The position numbers and the translations under genes are program-made. From positions 67,535 through 131,534 of the forward strand of contig BEIA01000001.1 in assembly GCA_002898715.1 (NCBI GenBank): a stretch of 64,000 nt of DNA. Direction: 5' to 3'. The DNA comes from a bacterium HR24. GTDB lineage: Bacteria; Chloroflexota; Dehalococcoidia; SM23-28-2; HRBIN24. Every line of letters begins with the position of its first letter. Position 1 is the first letter of the stretch. Below are positions 9,627 to 18,998 of this stretch, one piece after another. Under the pieces are notes generated by a model. The model was not told the origin of the DNA. It made no database searches and saw nothing but the letters and a program-made list of their open reading frames with translations.

Positions 9627-10220
9627 ATGAGCAGCACGGCGCCCCTCGTCCGAGTAAGGGTCCCAGAACCCCGGGACAAGTGGAAGTCCTGGGCGAAGCT
9701 CCTCCAGCGCGTGGACACGTCCCGCAAGGACGGCTACGCGTTCCAGGGGCCATGGCTCCGGCGGGGCCGGCTGGACGAGCTGCCCGCCCACGGCCTCGTC
9801 CTCCTCTATGACGAGTGCGGCTCCCGGCGGCACCACGCCCCTCGCGTGCAGGTGGTGAGGGTCGAGCCCGACGGCTCCCTGACCCCCGTCAGCGACGAGG
9901 AGGGCCCGCTCGACGCCAAGGGCTGGGACTGGGCCCTCCTGCTCCGGGACCGGGTCGCCCGGCTGCTGCGCAGCGGCAAGCCCCGGCCCCTGGCCGGTGT
10001 CGCCACCGAGGACCTCGCCGAGGAGCTCGCCTGCCGCCAGGACGCGGCGGACGCCTACGTCTCTGCCCTGTTGGTCGAGCTCTCGGCCGGCAGCCATGTC
10101 GCCCTTACGGCGGCACGGCATCTCCTTGCCGCCATCCCCGACATCGAGCGGGGGATCGCCGCCTGCGAGCGGCGCATCGCCAATGGGAGCGCCGGGGATG
10201 ATGCGCCGGCCGAGAGATGA
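9627..10220 (+). CDS. hypothetical protein
   Basis: ATG at 9627 overlaps the stop of a 53-aa CxC ORF (9469..9630). The alternative GTG start at 9498 gives 240 aa. Confidence 0.4.
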   Translation: MSSTAPLVRVRVPEPRDKWKSWAKLLQRVDTSRKDGYAFQGPWLRRGRLDELPAHGLVLLYDECGSRRHHAPRVQVVRVEPDGSLTPVSDEEGPLDAKGWDWALLLRDRVARLLRSGKPRPLAGVATEDLAEELACRQDAADAYVSALLVELSAGSHVALTAARHLLAAIPDIERGIAACERRIANGSAGDDAPAER

Positions 10221-10593
10221 GGCGACCCCGGCAGGTCACGATGCCGATGCCATCCTGGAGGCGGCCGTTGCCGCCTGGCAGGGCGACCTGGGGCCTGCCC
10301 TGCAGCTCCTGCGCCAGGCCAGCAGGAAGAGCGCACGCCTGACGGAGGACGGGCTTCGCTGGGGACAGGAGCTGGGGCTGCCGGGAGGTGCGCTCCCCCC
10401 AGAGACCGACCCCTTCACGGCGCTCGCCCTCCTGGGCTTCGCCCTCTACGGCATGCGCTGGCCGCAGGAGCCGGCCATGCGCGTTGCCTGGGCGAAGGCC
10501 GGGAAGGTGTGGCAGGAGCTGCGCCGGCCCACACCGGCCGGGCAGCGCGCCGGGACCGACGATCCCATGCCCCGGCAAGGGACCCTCTTCTGA
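10201..10593 (+). CDS. hypothetical protein
   Basis: Overlaps the previous gene's 3' end. About 130 aa. Start uncertain (10183, 10198 or 10201). Confidence 0.35.
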   Translation: MRRPRDEATPAGHDADAILEAAVAAWQGDLGPALQLLRQASRKSARLTEDGLRWGQELGLPGGALPPETDPFTALALLGFALYGMRWPQEPAMRVAWAKAGKVWQELRRPTPAGQRAGTDDPMPRQGTLF

Positions 10594-10617
10594 AAAGGAG
10601 GTAAAGGAGGTGAGGGT

Positions 10618-10824
10618 ATGAAGTGGATAGTCTGGGCCGAGTCCACGTGCTACGTCTGTCGGCAGACTGCCGGCACGACGTGGCATGCTCGGGCGCTGGC
10701 CAAGGGGCGGAACGTCTACCGCCCGAGTTCGCCCTGCGCCACCGCCCCCGTCGTCGTCGAGGCAGAGACGCGGCGGGAGGCCATCCAGTGGGCCAAGGAA
10801 GGCCGCCTCGCCAAGTTTGCGTAA
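10618..10824 (+). CDS. small Cys-containing protein
   Basis: Very strong RBS aaaggaggtaaaggaggtgagggtATG. 68 aa. Confidence 0.5.
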   Translation: MKWIVWAESTCYVCRQTAGTTWHARALAKGRNVYRPSSPCATAPVVVEAETRREAIQWAKEGRLAKFA

Positions 10825-10836
10825 GGAGGTGAGACG

Positions 10837-11214
10837 ATGCTGCGGGAATACCTGTTGCTAGAGAAGTTCCGCGAGTGGCTGCAGGAGCTGGGCGACCAGC
10901 CCTGCGGCCGGTACGAGGATCCCGTGGGGAACACCCTGTGTCGCTTCCTCCGAGAGGCGACACCTCTCAAGGGAGCGACCCTCTACCCCGGGGACACCTT
11001 CTCCCTCTCCCTGGAGCCCACCTACCTCCTCGCCGTCTACATCCCCGGCGAGGACTGGGTGCAGGTGGAGCCGGTGGATGAGCTTCCCGAGTGGGTGGGA
11101 CTCATCCTGCAACTCGAAGAGGAGCTCCACGACGAGGCAGAGGAGGCCGGCGCCTCGGAGGTCCCCGCCTCGGTGCTCCTCGAGCGCCTAGCGGCCCGCC
11201 TGTCACAGCCATGA
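10837..11214 (+). CDS. hypothetical acidic protein
   Basis: RBS taaggaggtgagacgATG. 125 aa. Confidence 0.55.
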   Translation: MLREYLLLEKFREWLQELGDQPCGRYEDPVGNTLCRFLREATPLKGATLYPGDTFSLSLEPTYLLAVYIPGEDWVQVEPVDELPEWVGLILQLEEELHDEAEEAGASEVPASVLLERLAARLSQP

Positions 11215-11903
11215 CGGGCGGGCCCCCTCCCTCTTCTCCCCTGTGGCTCCACCTCTGGCCCCAGGGAGGCTGGCGCGATGGCCCAGGCAGCGCCTGGGCC
11301 ATCATCCAGGCGATAGGGAGCAGGACCGTCGATGGCCCTTACGGCAGTCCCGTCCAGATGATCGACCTGCTCCTTGCCATCGCCGACCCTCAGGGGGTAG
11401 CCCTCCTGAGGAAGGCCCTCCAGTCGCATGTCTACGGCGGAGACGACCAACCGCCCGTCGCCATGACGCTCCGGCGGGGACGCGACGGCCGCCGCCAGGA
11501 GGTGGACCTCTCCCGCCACCTCCGCAGGCACCCCCTAGTCATAAGGCGGAGGGGCGGGAGCGGCTACATGGCGCTCCTCCTAGTCCCCGCCTGCACCGAC
11601 CCGTCCTGTCGCGACCTCTGCGACCAGGTGATGGTCGTGGGGCGGGACGAGCAGGAGCTCCTCCGCAACGCCTGGCGGCGGCTCATGGCCAGGTCGTTCC
11701 TCCCCCTACACCCCTCCTGGGAGGGGCCCATCATGGCCCACCTCCAGGAGGTCTCCCGCTCCTGGAGCAGCCCCGGCACACCACCCCTGGAGTTCCTGGA
11801 GTGCGAGGGGCCGCTCCAGGCCGCCTATCTCAATACCTACGCAGCCGTAGGGGAGGTGGAAAAGCTGTGCAAAGAGCGGAAGCTGCCCGTCCCGGCCGAG
11901 TAG
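11211..11903 (+). CDS. hypothetical protein (possibly the 5' part of the downstream helicase gene)
   Basis: ATGA overlap with the upstream gene. 230 aa of protein-like composition. It is in the +3 frame, and the helicase frame is the -1 frame relative to it. Confidence 0.45.
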   Translation: MTGGPPPSSPLWLHLWPQGGWRDGPGSAWAIIQAIGSRTVDGPYGSPVQMIDLLLAIADPQGVALLRKALQSHVYGGDDQPPVAMTLRRGRDGRRQEVDLSRHLRRHPLVIRRRGGSGYMALLLVPACTDPSCRDLCDQVMVVGRDEQELLRNAWRRLMARSFLPLHPSWEGPIMAHLQEVSRSWSSPGTPPLEFLECEGPLQAAYLNTYAAVGEVEKLCKERKLPVPAE

Positions 11904-11905
11904 CC

Positions 11906-14344
11906 CTGCGGCCGGACAGGCGCCTACCTATAGATCCCGCATCCGCTGCCACTGCCCTCCTGCTCCTCCCCCAGGTCAGGCGCCTAGTCCTGGGCGAGGA
12001 GGAGGAGCTCCCCCAGCCGCTCCTCCCTCCACGGGTAGGGCACCTGGCGCTGCTGCTTGCAAGCGGCGCCCTCTCGGGCATCGTCGTCCGCGATGATGCC
12101 CGCGGCAGGCGCCTCCTGGTCCGGGGGTCCACCCGCAAGCGCGAGGAGACACACGACCTGCCCCCTGACCGGAAGGCCCAGGAGAGGTTCTATATCGACA
12201 TCGATGCCCTGGACCTGGAGCAGTGGGAGCGGCTGAACATCTACGGCGGTGCCGGCAGCGACCACCTCACCTCCTTCCTCGAGGCTACCCGCGAGTCGCT
12301 GGCCGCCGCCGCCGCCCGCCGCCTCCGGCCTAGGGTCGCCGACATCTCGGCCGCCGATGTGGCCGCCCTGCCGCCCCTGGTGCGCTCGCCATTGGGCATG
12401 CAGGGGCCGGCGGTGGTCGCCCTCAGGTACGCCCTGAGGAAGCTGGGGCGTGTCCTGGTGGTGGGGGAGCAGGGGTGTGGCAAGACATTCGTCGCCCTGG
12501 CCGGCGCCTACGCCGCCGGCTGCCGCCGCATCCTGGTCATGTGCCCCCCACACCTGGCCGAGAAGTGGGCACGGGAGGCACGCATGACCATCCCCGGCGT
12601 GGCGGCCATCGTCTGCCGGCGCCCCCAGGACCTGGAGCGGGCCCGGGAGGCCATGAACAGGGGCCGGCCCGTGGTCTGCATCCTCACCAGGGAGGCGGCG
12701 AAGCTCGGCTACGAGGAGCGGCCTGCCGCCATCCCCCTCCTAGGCCCCCGGTGGTGGCACGTCTGGTCCAAGGACTGCGATTGCAACGCCGCTACCCTGG
12801 ACCGGACCACAGTCCACCTCTGTCACTGTGGGAGGCGGCGCCTCATCGACTTTGACCGCCATGCCGACGGCACGCCGGCCAGGCTGCTCTCCTGCCCCGA
12901 CTGCTTCACCACCCTCGGCAAGCAGGCAGACGCGGTGCTGCCCACACGCTGCCCTCGCTGCGGCACCAAGCTCCTTGCCGCCCACGCAGGGGTGGGGCCG
13001 CGCCGCTACCCCCTCTCACGCTACGTCGCCCGGCGCATGAGGGGGGTCTTCCAGTGCCTCATCATCGACGAGGCGCATGAGTACCGCTCCGCCGAGTCCC
13101 TACAGGCAGCGGCCGCCATGCGCCTCGCCGGCGCCATCCCCAGGGTGGTCTGCCTCACCGGCACCCTCCTGGGCGGCTACGCCTCCCACCTCTACAACAT
13201 CCTCTTCATCGTCTCCCCTACCTTCCGGAGGCGGTTCGACCGCCGCGAGGGCGGGAGGGCACGATTCGTCAGGGAGTACGGCCTCACCGCCGTCGAGCAG
13301 CGCCCCTGGCAGGCAAGGGCCACGCGCCAGCCCCTGCCGGGCGTCTCGCCGGCAGTAACGCCCTGGCTCCTGGAGAGGGGCGTCTACCTCAGGCTGGACG
13401 AGGTGGTGAGGCTGCCGCCCCTGCAGGAGGAGGCCGTCCTGGTAGAGCCATCGCCCGAGCTCTCGCGGGCCATCGCCCGCCTCCACCGGCTGGCGCGCGA
13501 GCGACTGGGGGAGCGACGGCAACGGCTGGGCAGCGACGCTATGGCCCTCATGCATGCCCTCATCTCCTACCCCGACCTGGCCTGGGCGGGCGAGGAGGTG
13601 ATGGATGCCGGCGGCACCCTCCTCCTCAGGGCAGCACCCCTGGGCGATGCCCCCTTCCCCAAGGAGGAGGCGCTCGTGGGGACGGTCCGCGAGGAGGTGG
13701 CCAAGGGCAGGCCCTGCCTGGTGTACGTCACCTACACCGGCAGCAGGGATGTCGCCGGCCGCCTCCAGCGCATCCTGCAGGACGCCGGCATCAAGGCCGA
13801 CGTCCTGCGGGCCGAAGCCGTGCCACCGGCCAGGCGGGAGGCCTGGCTCCTCTCACGCATGGCCCAGGGGGTCCAGGCCCTCATCTGCCAGCCACGGCTG
13901 GTGGCGCTAGGGCTGGACCTCATCGCCTTCCCCACCATCATCTTCTACCAGCCGGACCCCGACCCGTTCGTGGTCCGGCAGGCGGCCCGGCGCTCCTACC
14001 GCATCGGCCAACAGCAGCCGGTGCGGGTCCTGTACTTCGCCTACCGGGGGAGCGCCCAGGAGCTGCTCCTGGCCATCCTCGCCCGCAAGGCTGCCGCCTC
14101 CCTCCTCATCGAGGGGGAAGCGCTGGGCGGCGGCCTCCTGCCCCTCTCCGAGGGCGATACCCTGGCCGAGCTGGCAAGGCTCGTGGCCCAGGGCGCCCAC
14201 GAGGACCCCAGGGAGCACCTGCGCCGCGCCGCCGAGGCCGCCGCCTGGGCGGCACGACGGGCCGGCTGGGACGGGCCGGCGCCCGAGGCGGTGACGCCGC
14301 CCCCTTCCAGCCTGGGTGTCCAGATGTCCCTGCCGGGCCTCTGA
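11906..14344 (+). CDS. SNF2-family helicase with zinc-ribbon insertion (start codon unresolved)
   Basis: Walker A VGEQGCGKT, DEAH box CLIIDEAHEY, motif III LTGTLLGG, motif VI QAARRSYRIGQQQPVRVLYF. A Cys-rich insert (CDCN...CHCG...CPDC...CPRCG) lies between motifs I and II. There is no in-frame ATG, GTG or TTG between the upstream stop (11903) and about 12358. Confidence 0.7.
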   Translation: MRPDRRLPIDPASAATALLLLPQVRRLVLGEEEELPQPLLPPRVGHLALLLASGALSGIVVRDDARGRRLLVRGSTRKREETHDLPPDRKAQERFYIDIDALDLEQWERLNIYGGAGSDHLTSFLEATRESLAAAAARRLRPRVADISAADVAALPPLVRSPLGMQGPAVVALRYALRKLGRVLVVGEQGCGKTFVALAGAYAAGCRRILVMCPPHLAEKWAREARMTIPGVAAIVCRRPQDLERAREAMNRGRPVVCILTREAAKLGYEERPAAIPLLGPRWWHVWSKDCDCNAATLDRTTVHLCHCGRRRLIDFDRHADGTPARLLSCPDCFTTLGKQADAVLPTRCPRCGTKLLAAHAGVGPRRYPLSRYVARRMRGVFQCLIIDEAHEYRSAESLQAAAAMRLAGAIPRVVCLTGTLLGGYASHLYNILFIVSPTFRRRFDRREGGRARFVREYGLTAVEQRPWQARATRQPLPGVSPAVTPWLLERGVYLRLDEVVRLPPLQEEAVLVEPSPELSRAIARLHRLARERLGERRQRLGSDAMALMHALISYPDLAWAGEEVMDAGGTLLLRAAPLGDAPFPKEEALVGTVREEVAKGRPCLVYVTYTGSRDVAGRLQRILQDAGIKADVLRAEAVPPARREAWLLSRMAQGVQALICQPRLVALGLDLIAFPTIIFYQPDPDPFVVRQAARRSYRIGQQQPVRVLYFAYRGSAQELLLAILARKAAASLLIEGEALGGGLLPLSEGDTLAELARLVAQGAHEDPREHLRRAAEAAAWAARRAGWDGPAPEAVTPPPSSLGVQMSLPGL

Positions 14345-14383
14345 GCCCGGCAGGGAGATGCGCTGTTCGCCGCGCAACAGGAG

Positions 14384-14716
14384 GTGATCACTCTGCCGTG
14401 TCACCACGATGACGACCTGCTCCCGCCGGCCCTGGAGCGGCAGATCCCATCCCTGGGCGCCACCGATGGCCAAGGGGGTGATGCCGTCGCCTGGGCAAGG
14501 CTCTTCGCCCCAGGCACGGGCTGGTCCTGGTACGTCACCGAGTACGACGGCCAGGACACGTGCTTCGGCCTCGTGGTCGGGTTCGAGGCCGAGCTGGGTT
14601 ACTTCTCCCTCAAGGAGCTCCGGGAGACGGGGCTTGTCAAGCGGGACCGCAGCTTCCGGCCCCGGCCCCTGCGGGAGCTGCCCGACTGCCCGGAGCGGCT
14701 CAAGGGGGTGAGGTGA
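14384..14716 (+). CDS. DUF2958-like protein
   Basis: 110 aa with a WSWYVTEYDG motif resembling DUF2958 proteins of conjugative or phage elements. The assignment is from memory. Confidence 0.4.
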   Translation: MITLPCHHDDDLLPPALERQIPSLGATDGQGGDAVAWARLFAPGTGWSWYVTEYDGQDTCFGLVVGFEAELGYFSLKELRETGLVKRDRSFRPRPLRELPDCPERLKGVR

Positions 14717-14982
14717 GACATGGATGACATCTTCCAGGAACCCCGCATCGTCCGCCGCCGGGCCCGCACAAGCCCCCGCACCGGCGGCGCCGAGGAGGTG
14801 GACGTCCTGGGCATCGCCATGCCCGACGGCGACTTCCTGCCCCTGGTGGGCGTGGCCTACGGCCCCCAGGGCGACGGCCCGGCCTCCTTCCGGGAGCCGG
14901 GCGTAGCACGCCTCCACAAGGAAGGCGTGCTCCTCATGCTGCGCATCCTCTGAACGCTGGGCCCCACCAAGACTGTCAGGAG

Positions 14983-15213
14983 GTGACCGAGATGGAGTAC
15001 GAGACCTTGATCCACAGCGCCGGCCCCTGCCCCGCCTGCGGCAGCGGGCACATCACCGCCACCGTCTACGTGACGGTGGCCTACGAGCAGGACCTGGAGG
15101 TCTCCACGGACGGCGCCCTCACCCCCCTTACCGCCCCCTTCCGGGCGGACGAGCAGCCCACCGGGGAGGCCTCCTTCCGCTGCGCCACGTGTGGCCACCG
15201 GTGGCAGCGGTAG
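14983..15213 (+). CDS. small zinc-ribbon protein
   Basis: RBS caggaggtgaccgagATG. CPACGSG...CATCGH. Confidence 0.45.
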   Translation: MTEMEYETLIHSAGPCPACGSGHITATVYVTVAYEQDLEVSTDGALTPLTAPFRADEQPTGEASFRCATCGHRWQR

Positions 15214-15483
15214 GCAAGCCCCACTACCACGCGAGCGCCCTGGGCGGAGGGATGCTCATGGCAAGGGCAGTCTTCCCCAGGGCCGCACAGGCCCGCACCT
15301 TCCTCCTCTCCCTCTTCTCGCGCCTCCCCGCAAGGGAGCGGGAGAGGCTTGCCAGGCGGCTCAAGAAGCGCTCCTTCGCCGCCTGCCCACCCGCCTACGT
15401 CCTCCTGGTGGAGGAGTGCAACTCCTCCGCCTGCCACCCAGGCGGCCGCTGAGAGACGGCCGGCATAGATGGGAGGTGAAAGG

Positions 15484-16437
15484 ATGACCCAACCCCCGGC
15501 AGTGCCGGGCGACCAGCGAGGCTGGCTCGCCTGGTATGCCGTCCCTGAGACGAGCATCCCCTACGACCGCCTCGTGCGGGCAGCCCAGGAGAGCTCCTTC
15601 CCCAAGGAGTGCCTCCCCAGGCCCCTGGACAGGAAGGCTGCCTGGGAGCAGGCCTTCAGCCTGCCCGAGGCAGGCCGCGAGGTGAGGCCCTCCGATGCCC
15701 TGCGGCAGCGCTGTCCCGACCCGGCCCTCACCTGCCGGCTCCACGTGCGCCCTGTGCGGCGGCGCATGCCGCTTATCAGGCACCTGGAGCTGGAGGTGGT
15801 CTGCCCCGGCGCCGTGACGCCCGGCGAGCAGCGGCGCACCGCCGTGGTGGCCGTCCTGCGCCTGGACGACAAGGGCCACTCCTGCTCCACCGTCATCGGC
15901 TCCTGGATGGAGCTGGTGGACGGCGACGATGTGGCCCGGGCCGTCCGGCGCATGGAGGAGGACTACCGGCGCCTGCTCGACGCCGCGCCCCCGGGCGCCT
16001 CACGCGAGGCCGTCAGGCGCCGCCTCAAGGCGCTGTCGGCCATCCTGCTCAGGGCCACCGGCGCCCTCTACTACATCCCCCACGCCGCCTGCCCCGACGG
16101 CAAGGAGCTCATGGCCTGCCGCGACTTCCTCTCGCGCAGCAGCGGCGGCCAGTTTACCTTCGTGAGGCTCCTCGCCGGCGACGCCCAGGCGGTGGCCGAC
16201 GTCCGCGCCGCCGTCGTGGAGACGCTGCGCAGACAGCTCGCCGCCATCCACGACGAGGCGGGACGCCTCAAGGAGGTGGCCGACCCCGACAAGCGGGAGC
16301 GGCTGGCAGCACGCCTCCTCACCACCTTCCAGGAGGTGGCCGAGACCACGCGGCGGGTCCAGGCCTCCCTCCAGGACACCCTCCAGGAGCTGGAAGACCT
16401 GCTGCTCCTGGCAAAGAGATCTGTGGCCGGCGTCTGA
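15484..16437 (+). CDS. hypothetical protein
   Basis: RBS gggaggtgaaaggATG. 317 aa, non-repetitive. Confidence 0.5.
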   Translation: MTQPPAVPGDQRGWLAWYAVPETSIPYDRLVRAAQESSFPKECLPRPLDRKAAWEQAFSLPEAGREVRPSDALRQRCPDPALTCRLHVRPVRRRMPLIRHLELEVVCPGAVTPGEQRRTAVVAVLRLDDKGHSCSTVIGSWMELVDGDDVARAVRRMEEDYRRLLDAAPPGASREAVRRRLKALSAILLRATGALYYIPHAACPDGKELMACRDFLSRSSGGQFTFVRLLAGDAQAVADVRAAVVETLRRQLAAIHDEAGRLKEVADPDKRERLAARLLTTFQEVAETTRRVQASLQDTLQELEDLLLLAKRSVAGV

Positions 16438-16491
16438 CCCAGGCGCCGGCCACGCCGGCTACATCTCGATAAGATAAGACAGGAGGTGAGC

Positions 16492-16698
16492 TAGTTGGGA
16501 AGTGACAGCCACTCCGGCAACTGCTGTCGGGGAGAGCCCTTCATCGACCCCGACTGGTGGGAGCGGATCGAGACTGCCCGTCGGATCTGGCGAGAGACAC
16601 GGCAGCGAAGACGAGGCCTGCCCGTCTCCTCTCCGCCACCCCGACTACCTCTCCCTCCGGCGCCCGGCCTGGAGAAGCGCTTGACGGGGGGAGGCTAA
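16492..16698 (+). CDS. small hypothetical protein (TTG start)
   Basis: RBS aggaggtgagctagTTG. 68 aa. Confidence 0.3.
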
Positions 16699-16776
16699 CG
16701 GGAGGGGTGAGAGGTCTGACCACGGCCACGCCGTCGACCGGCGTGACCGTCACGACTACAATGGGGAGGTGAGACG

Positions 16777-17103
16777 ATGGCAGTGAGTGTCGAGGAGCGT
16801 CTCGCTGCCCTAGAGGCGTCATACGCCTCCATCTCGGACAGGCTCGGCGCAGTCGAGCAGCGACTTACCAGCCTCGAGCAGCGCCTGACCTCCGAGGTCG
16901 GCCAGCTCCGGTCCGAGATGGGACAGCTGCGGTCCGAGATGGGACAGCTGCGGTCCGAGATGGGACAGCTCCGGTCCGAGATGGGGCAGCTGCGACAAGA
17001 GATGCGCACCCAGTTCTATTGGCTCCTCAGCAGCTTCCTCGCCCTCTTCGCCGTTCAGGTCTCCTTCATGAGCGCCATCATGGCCCTTCTCCTGGCCCGC
17101 TAG
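16777..17103 (+). CDS. coiled-coil protein with C-terminal transmembrane helix, heptad tandem repeat
   Basis: RBS ggggaggtgagacgATG. (EMGQLRS)x5 is encoded by a 21-bp tandem repeat. The C-terminal hydrophobic segment is FYWLLSSFLALFAVQVSFMSAIMALLLA. Confidence 0.55.
   Translation: MAVSVEERLAALEASYASISDRLGAVEQRLTSLEQRLTSEVGQLRSEMGQLRSEMGQLRSEMGQLRSEMGQLRQEMRTQFYWLLSSFLALFAVQVSFMSAIMALLLAR
16894..16998 (+). repeat. 21-bp tandem repeat x5 (gagatgggacagctgcggtcc)
   Basis: Five near-identical consecutive 21-nt units lie inside the CDS 16777..17103. Confidence 0.85.
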
Positions 17104-17175
17104 CCGGCGGGACCCCTGTCCCTTCCCCATCGGCACTGCTCCTCCTCCACAGATATACTGAAGGGGGTGGAACAT

Positions 17176-18039
17176 ATGGTCGAAACGCCCCAGATAGATG
17201 CCTTCGCCCATCGGTACACCACCGAGAGGGCGCAGGTGGAAGGTGCCCTCCGCCACTTCAAGGAAGGTGTCCACTTCCGGCGCAACGACGAGGGCAAGCC
17301 CACCCTCATGGACGCCGGCGCCGCCATCCTCCGGGACGCCCTCGGCCTCTACCCCGACGGCGACCGCCTGGTGGAGCTGCGGGAGTCGCCCGACGGCCAC
17401 GTCCGGGCCGTCATCACGGTGGTCCTCTACGACCGCGAGACGGGCCGGCCCCGGGCCTCGGGCATCGGGTCGGCCTCCTCGCGGGAGCTCATGACGCCCG
17501 GGAGGCGCCTTGCCGGCGACCTGGACCCCGGCAACGTCGCCTGCAAGCTCGCCCGCAAGCGAGCAGAGGTGGACGCCATGCTGGGCATCCCGGCCGTCTG
17601 CGAGGCGTTCGCCCAGGACCTGGGCCTCTCCTTCCGGGTGGACCCCGAGACGGGGGAGGTGCAGGACGTGGCCCTGCCGGCCGCGCCGGCGACGGCGCCC
17701 GACGTGACAGAGGCCGGTGGGGGCGCCGATGCCGGCCCTGTCCCCGCCCAGGCGCCGCCCAGGCGGGCGCCCGCCACAGAGCAGCCGCCGTCGGCGCCAT
17801 CCCGCCCCGCCGCCCCCTCCTCGCGCCCGTCGCCCAAGGAGATGGCCGCCCAGCGCAGGGCCCTGGAGTTCGCCCGCCGGGCAGACCCCAGGGACCCCTA
17901 CGGCCACATCGCCCGCACCCTGGGTCTCGAGGTGAAAGGGTCGGCAGCGGTGACCATCATGCGCTGGCTCGACCAGGGGCACAGCTGGCAGGAGGTGTGG
18001 GCCAGGCTGGCCGAGACGTCACTACAGGCCGGCAGATGA
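17176..18039 (+). CDS. hypothetical protein with Pro/Ala-rich linker
   Basis: RBS gggggtggaacatATG. The ORF is intact. Confidence 0.45.
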   Translation: MVETPQIDAFAHRYTTERAQVEGALRHFKEGVHFRRNDEGKPTLMDAGAAILRDALGLYPDGDRLVELRESPDGHVRAVITVVLYDRETGRPRASGIGSASSRELMTPGRRLAGDLDPGNVACKLARKRAEVDAMLGIPAVCEAFAQDLGLSFRVDPETGEVQDVALPAAPATAPDVTEAGGGADAGPVPAQAPPRRAPATEQPPSAPSRPAAPSSRPSPKEMAAQRRALEFARRADPRDPYGHIARTLGLEVKGSAAVTIMRWLDQGHSWQEVWARLAETSLQAGR

Positions 18040-18054
18040 ACAGGAGGTGCGAAG

Positions 18055-18483
18055 ATGCGGATCTATCGGTTGCGGACACGCACGCTGTCTGTGCCCCACC
18101 CGCTCCAGGTATGGTTGGCACGGGTCAGTAGCGACGGGGCCAAGCACGAAATACGAGGCCCCTTCCCCGTGCTCGCCATCAGGACTATCGAAATAGAGGT
18201 GGAAGCAAGCCTCGAGTCATCCATGTTGCGCGATCGCCCAGCGACGACAGATTACGCCGTCGAGTCCTGGCTGGAGCAGCGCCTAGACGAGAGGACCCAA
18301 GCGGACTACCGTGTCTACTTCCTCCTCCAGCATGACGGGACACGGGAATCGCCCTGGGTGCCCCTTGCCGCCGGCGGCGTGCCTGCCGGTGCCGAGAGGG
18401 CCTTCTTCACCCACGAGGCCGCCGAGCGGGCAGTGAGGGAAGCGTTGGAGAAGATCGCGCGCCGCTCCGGCCGCCAGGGGTAG
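18055..18483 (+). CDS. hypothetical protein
   Basis: RBS caggaggtgcgaagATG. 142 aa. Confidence 0.45.
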   Translation: MRIYRLRTRTLSVPHPLQVWLARVSSDGAKHEIRGPFPVLAIRTIEIEVEASLESSMLRDRPATTDYAVESWLEQRLDERTQADYRVYFLLQHDGTRESPWVPLAAGGVPAGAERAFFTHEAAERAVREALEKIARRSGRQG

Positions 18484-18512
18484 TGATTGATGCCATCTTG
18501 CCCTGACCTGCC

Positions 18513-18998
18513 ATGTCTGGACCGCGAGAGCTTCCCCCCACCAGGCCCGCCATCACCCACCGCTTCCAGGTAGCGGGCCACAAGGGTTACATCACGGTGG
18601 GCCTCTACGAGGACGGCTCGCCCGGGGAGATCTTCATCACCATGGCCAAGGAGGGGAGCACCCTCCCGGGCCTCATGGACGCCCTGGCGGCCACCGCCTC
18701 CCTTGCCCTCCAGCACGGCACACCCCTCTACGCCCTCTGCCGGAGGCTGGCCTACATGCACTTCGAGCCGTCAGGGCCCACCGACAACCCCGAGATCCCC
18801 TACGCCCACAGCGTCGTCGACTACGTCTTCCGGTGGCTCGCCCTCCGCTTCCTGCCTGAGGACGAGAGGGCGGCCATCGGCGTGGCCGGCGGCACCAAAG
18901 ACTCCCCATCCTGTCCCACCTGCGGCAGCCCGCTCCTCCGCCGCAACGGGCACGCCTCGTGCCCACGCTGCGGCGAGGAGGCCGTGGGCCAGGGCTAA
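18513..18998 (+). CDS. stand-alone paralog of the NrdJ C-terminal domain (NrdJb-like)
   Basis: 161 aa that align along their full length with the last roughly 170 aa of the NrdJ at 22189..24951 (HKGYITVGLYEDGSPGEIFITMAKEGSTL...FEPSG...NPEIP...VDY.FRWLA, then a CxxC...CxxC tail). About 80 nt are near-identical at the DNA level. Confidence 0.6.
   Translation: MSGPRELPPTRPAITHRFQVAGHKGYITVGLYEDGSPGEIFITMAKEGSTLPGLMDALAATASLALQHGTPLYALCRRLAYMHFEPSGPTDNPEIPYAHSVVDYVFRWLALRFLPEDERAAIGVAGGTKDSPSCPTCGSPLLRRNGHASCPRCGEEAVGQG

Noticed and set aside
11243-11905. N-terminal 220 codons of the 1033-aa ORF (MAPPLAPGRLARW...)
   Set aside because: Pro/Arg/Gly-rich junk composition that overlaps the protein-like ORF 11211..11903 in another frame. 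Helicase similarity begins only after about 11906.
17019-18131. 370-aa plus ORF (MAPQQLPRPLRR...)
   Set aside because: Wrong frame relative to the protein-like ORF 17176..18039. Its content is Arg/Pro/Gly repetitive.
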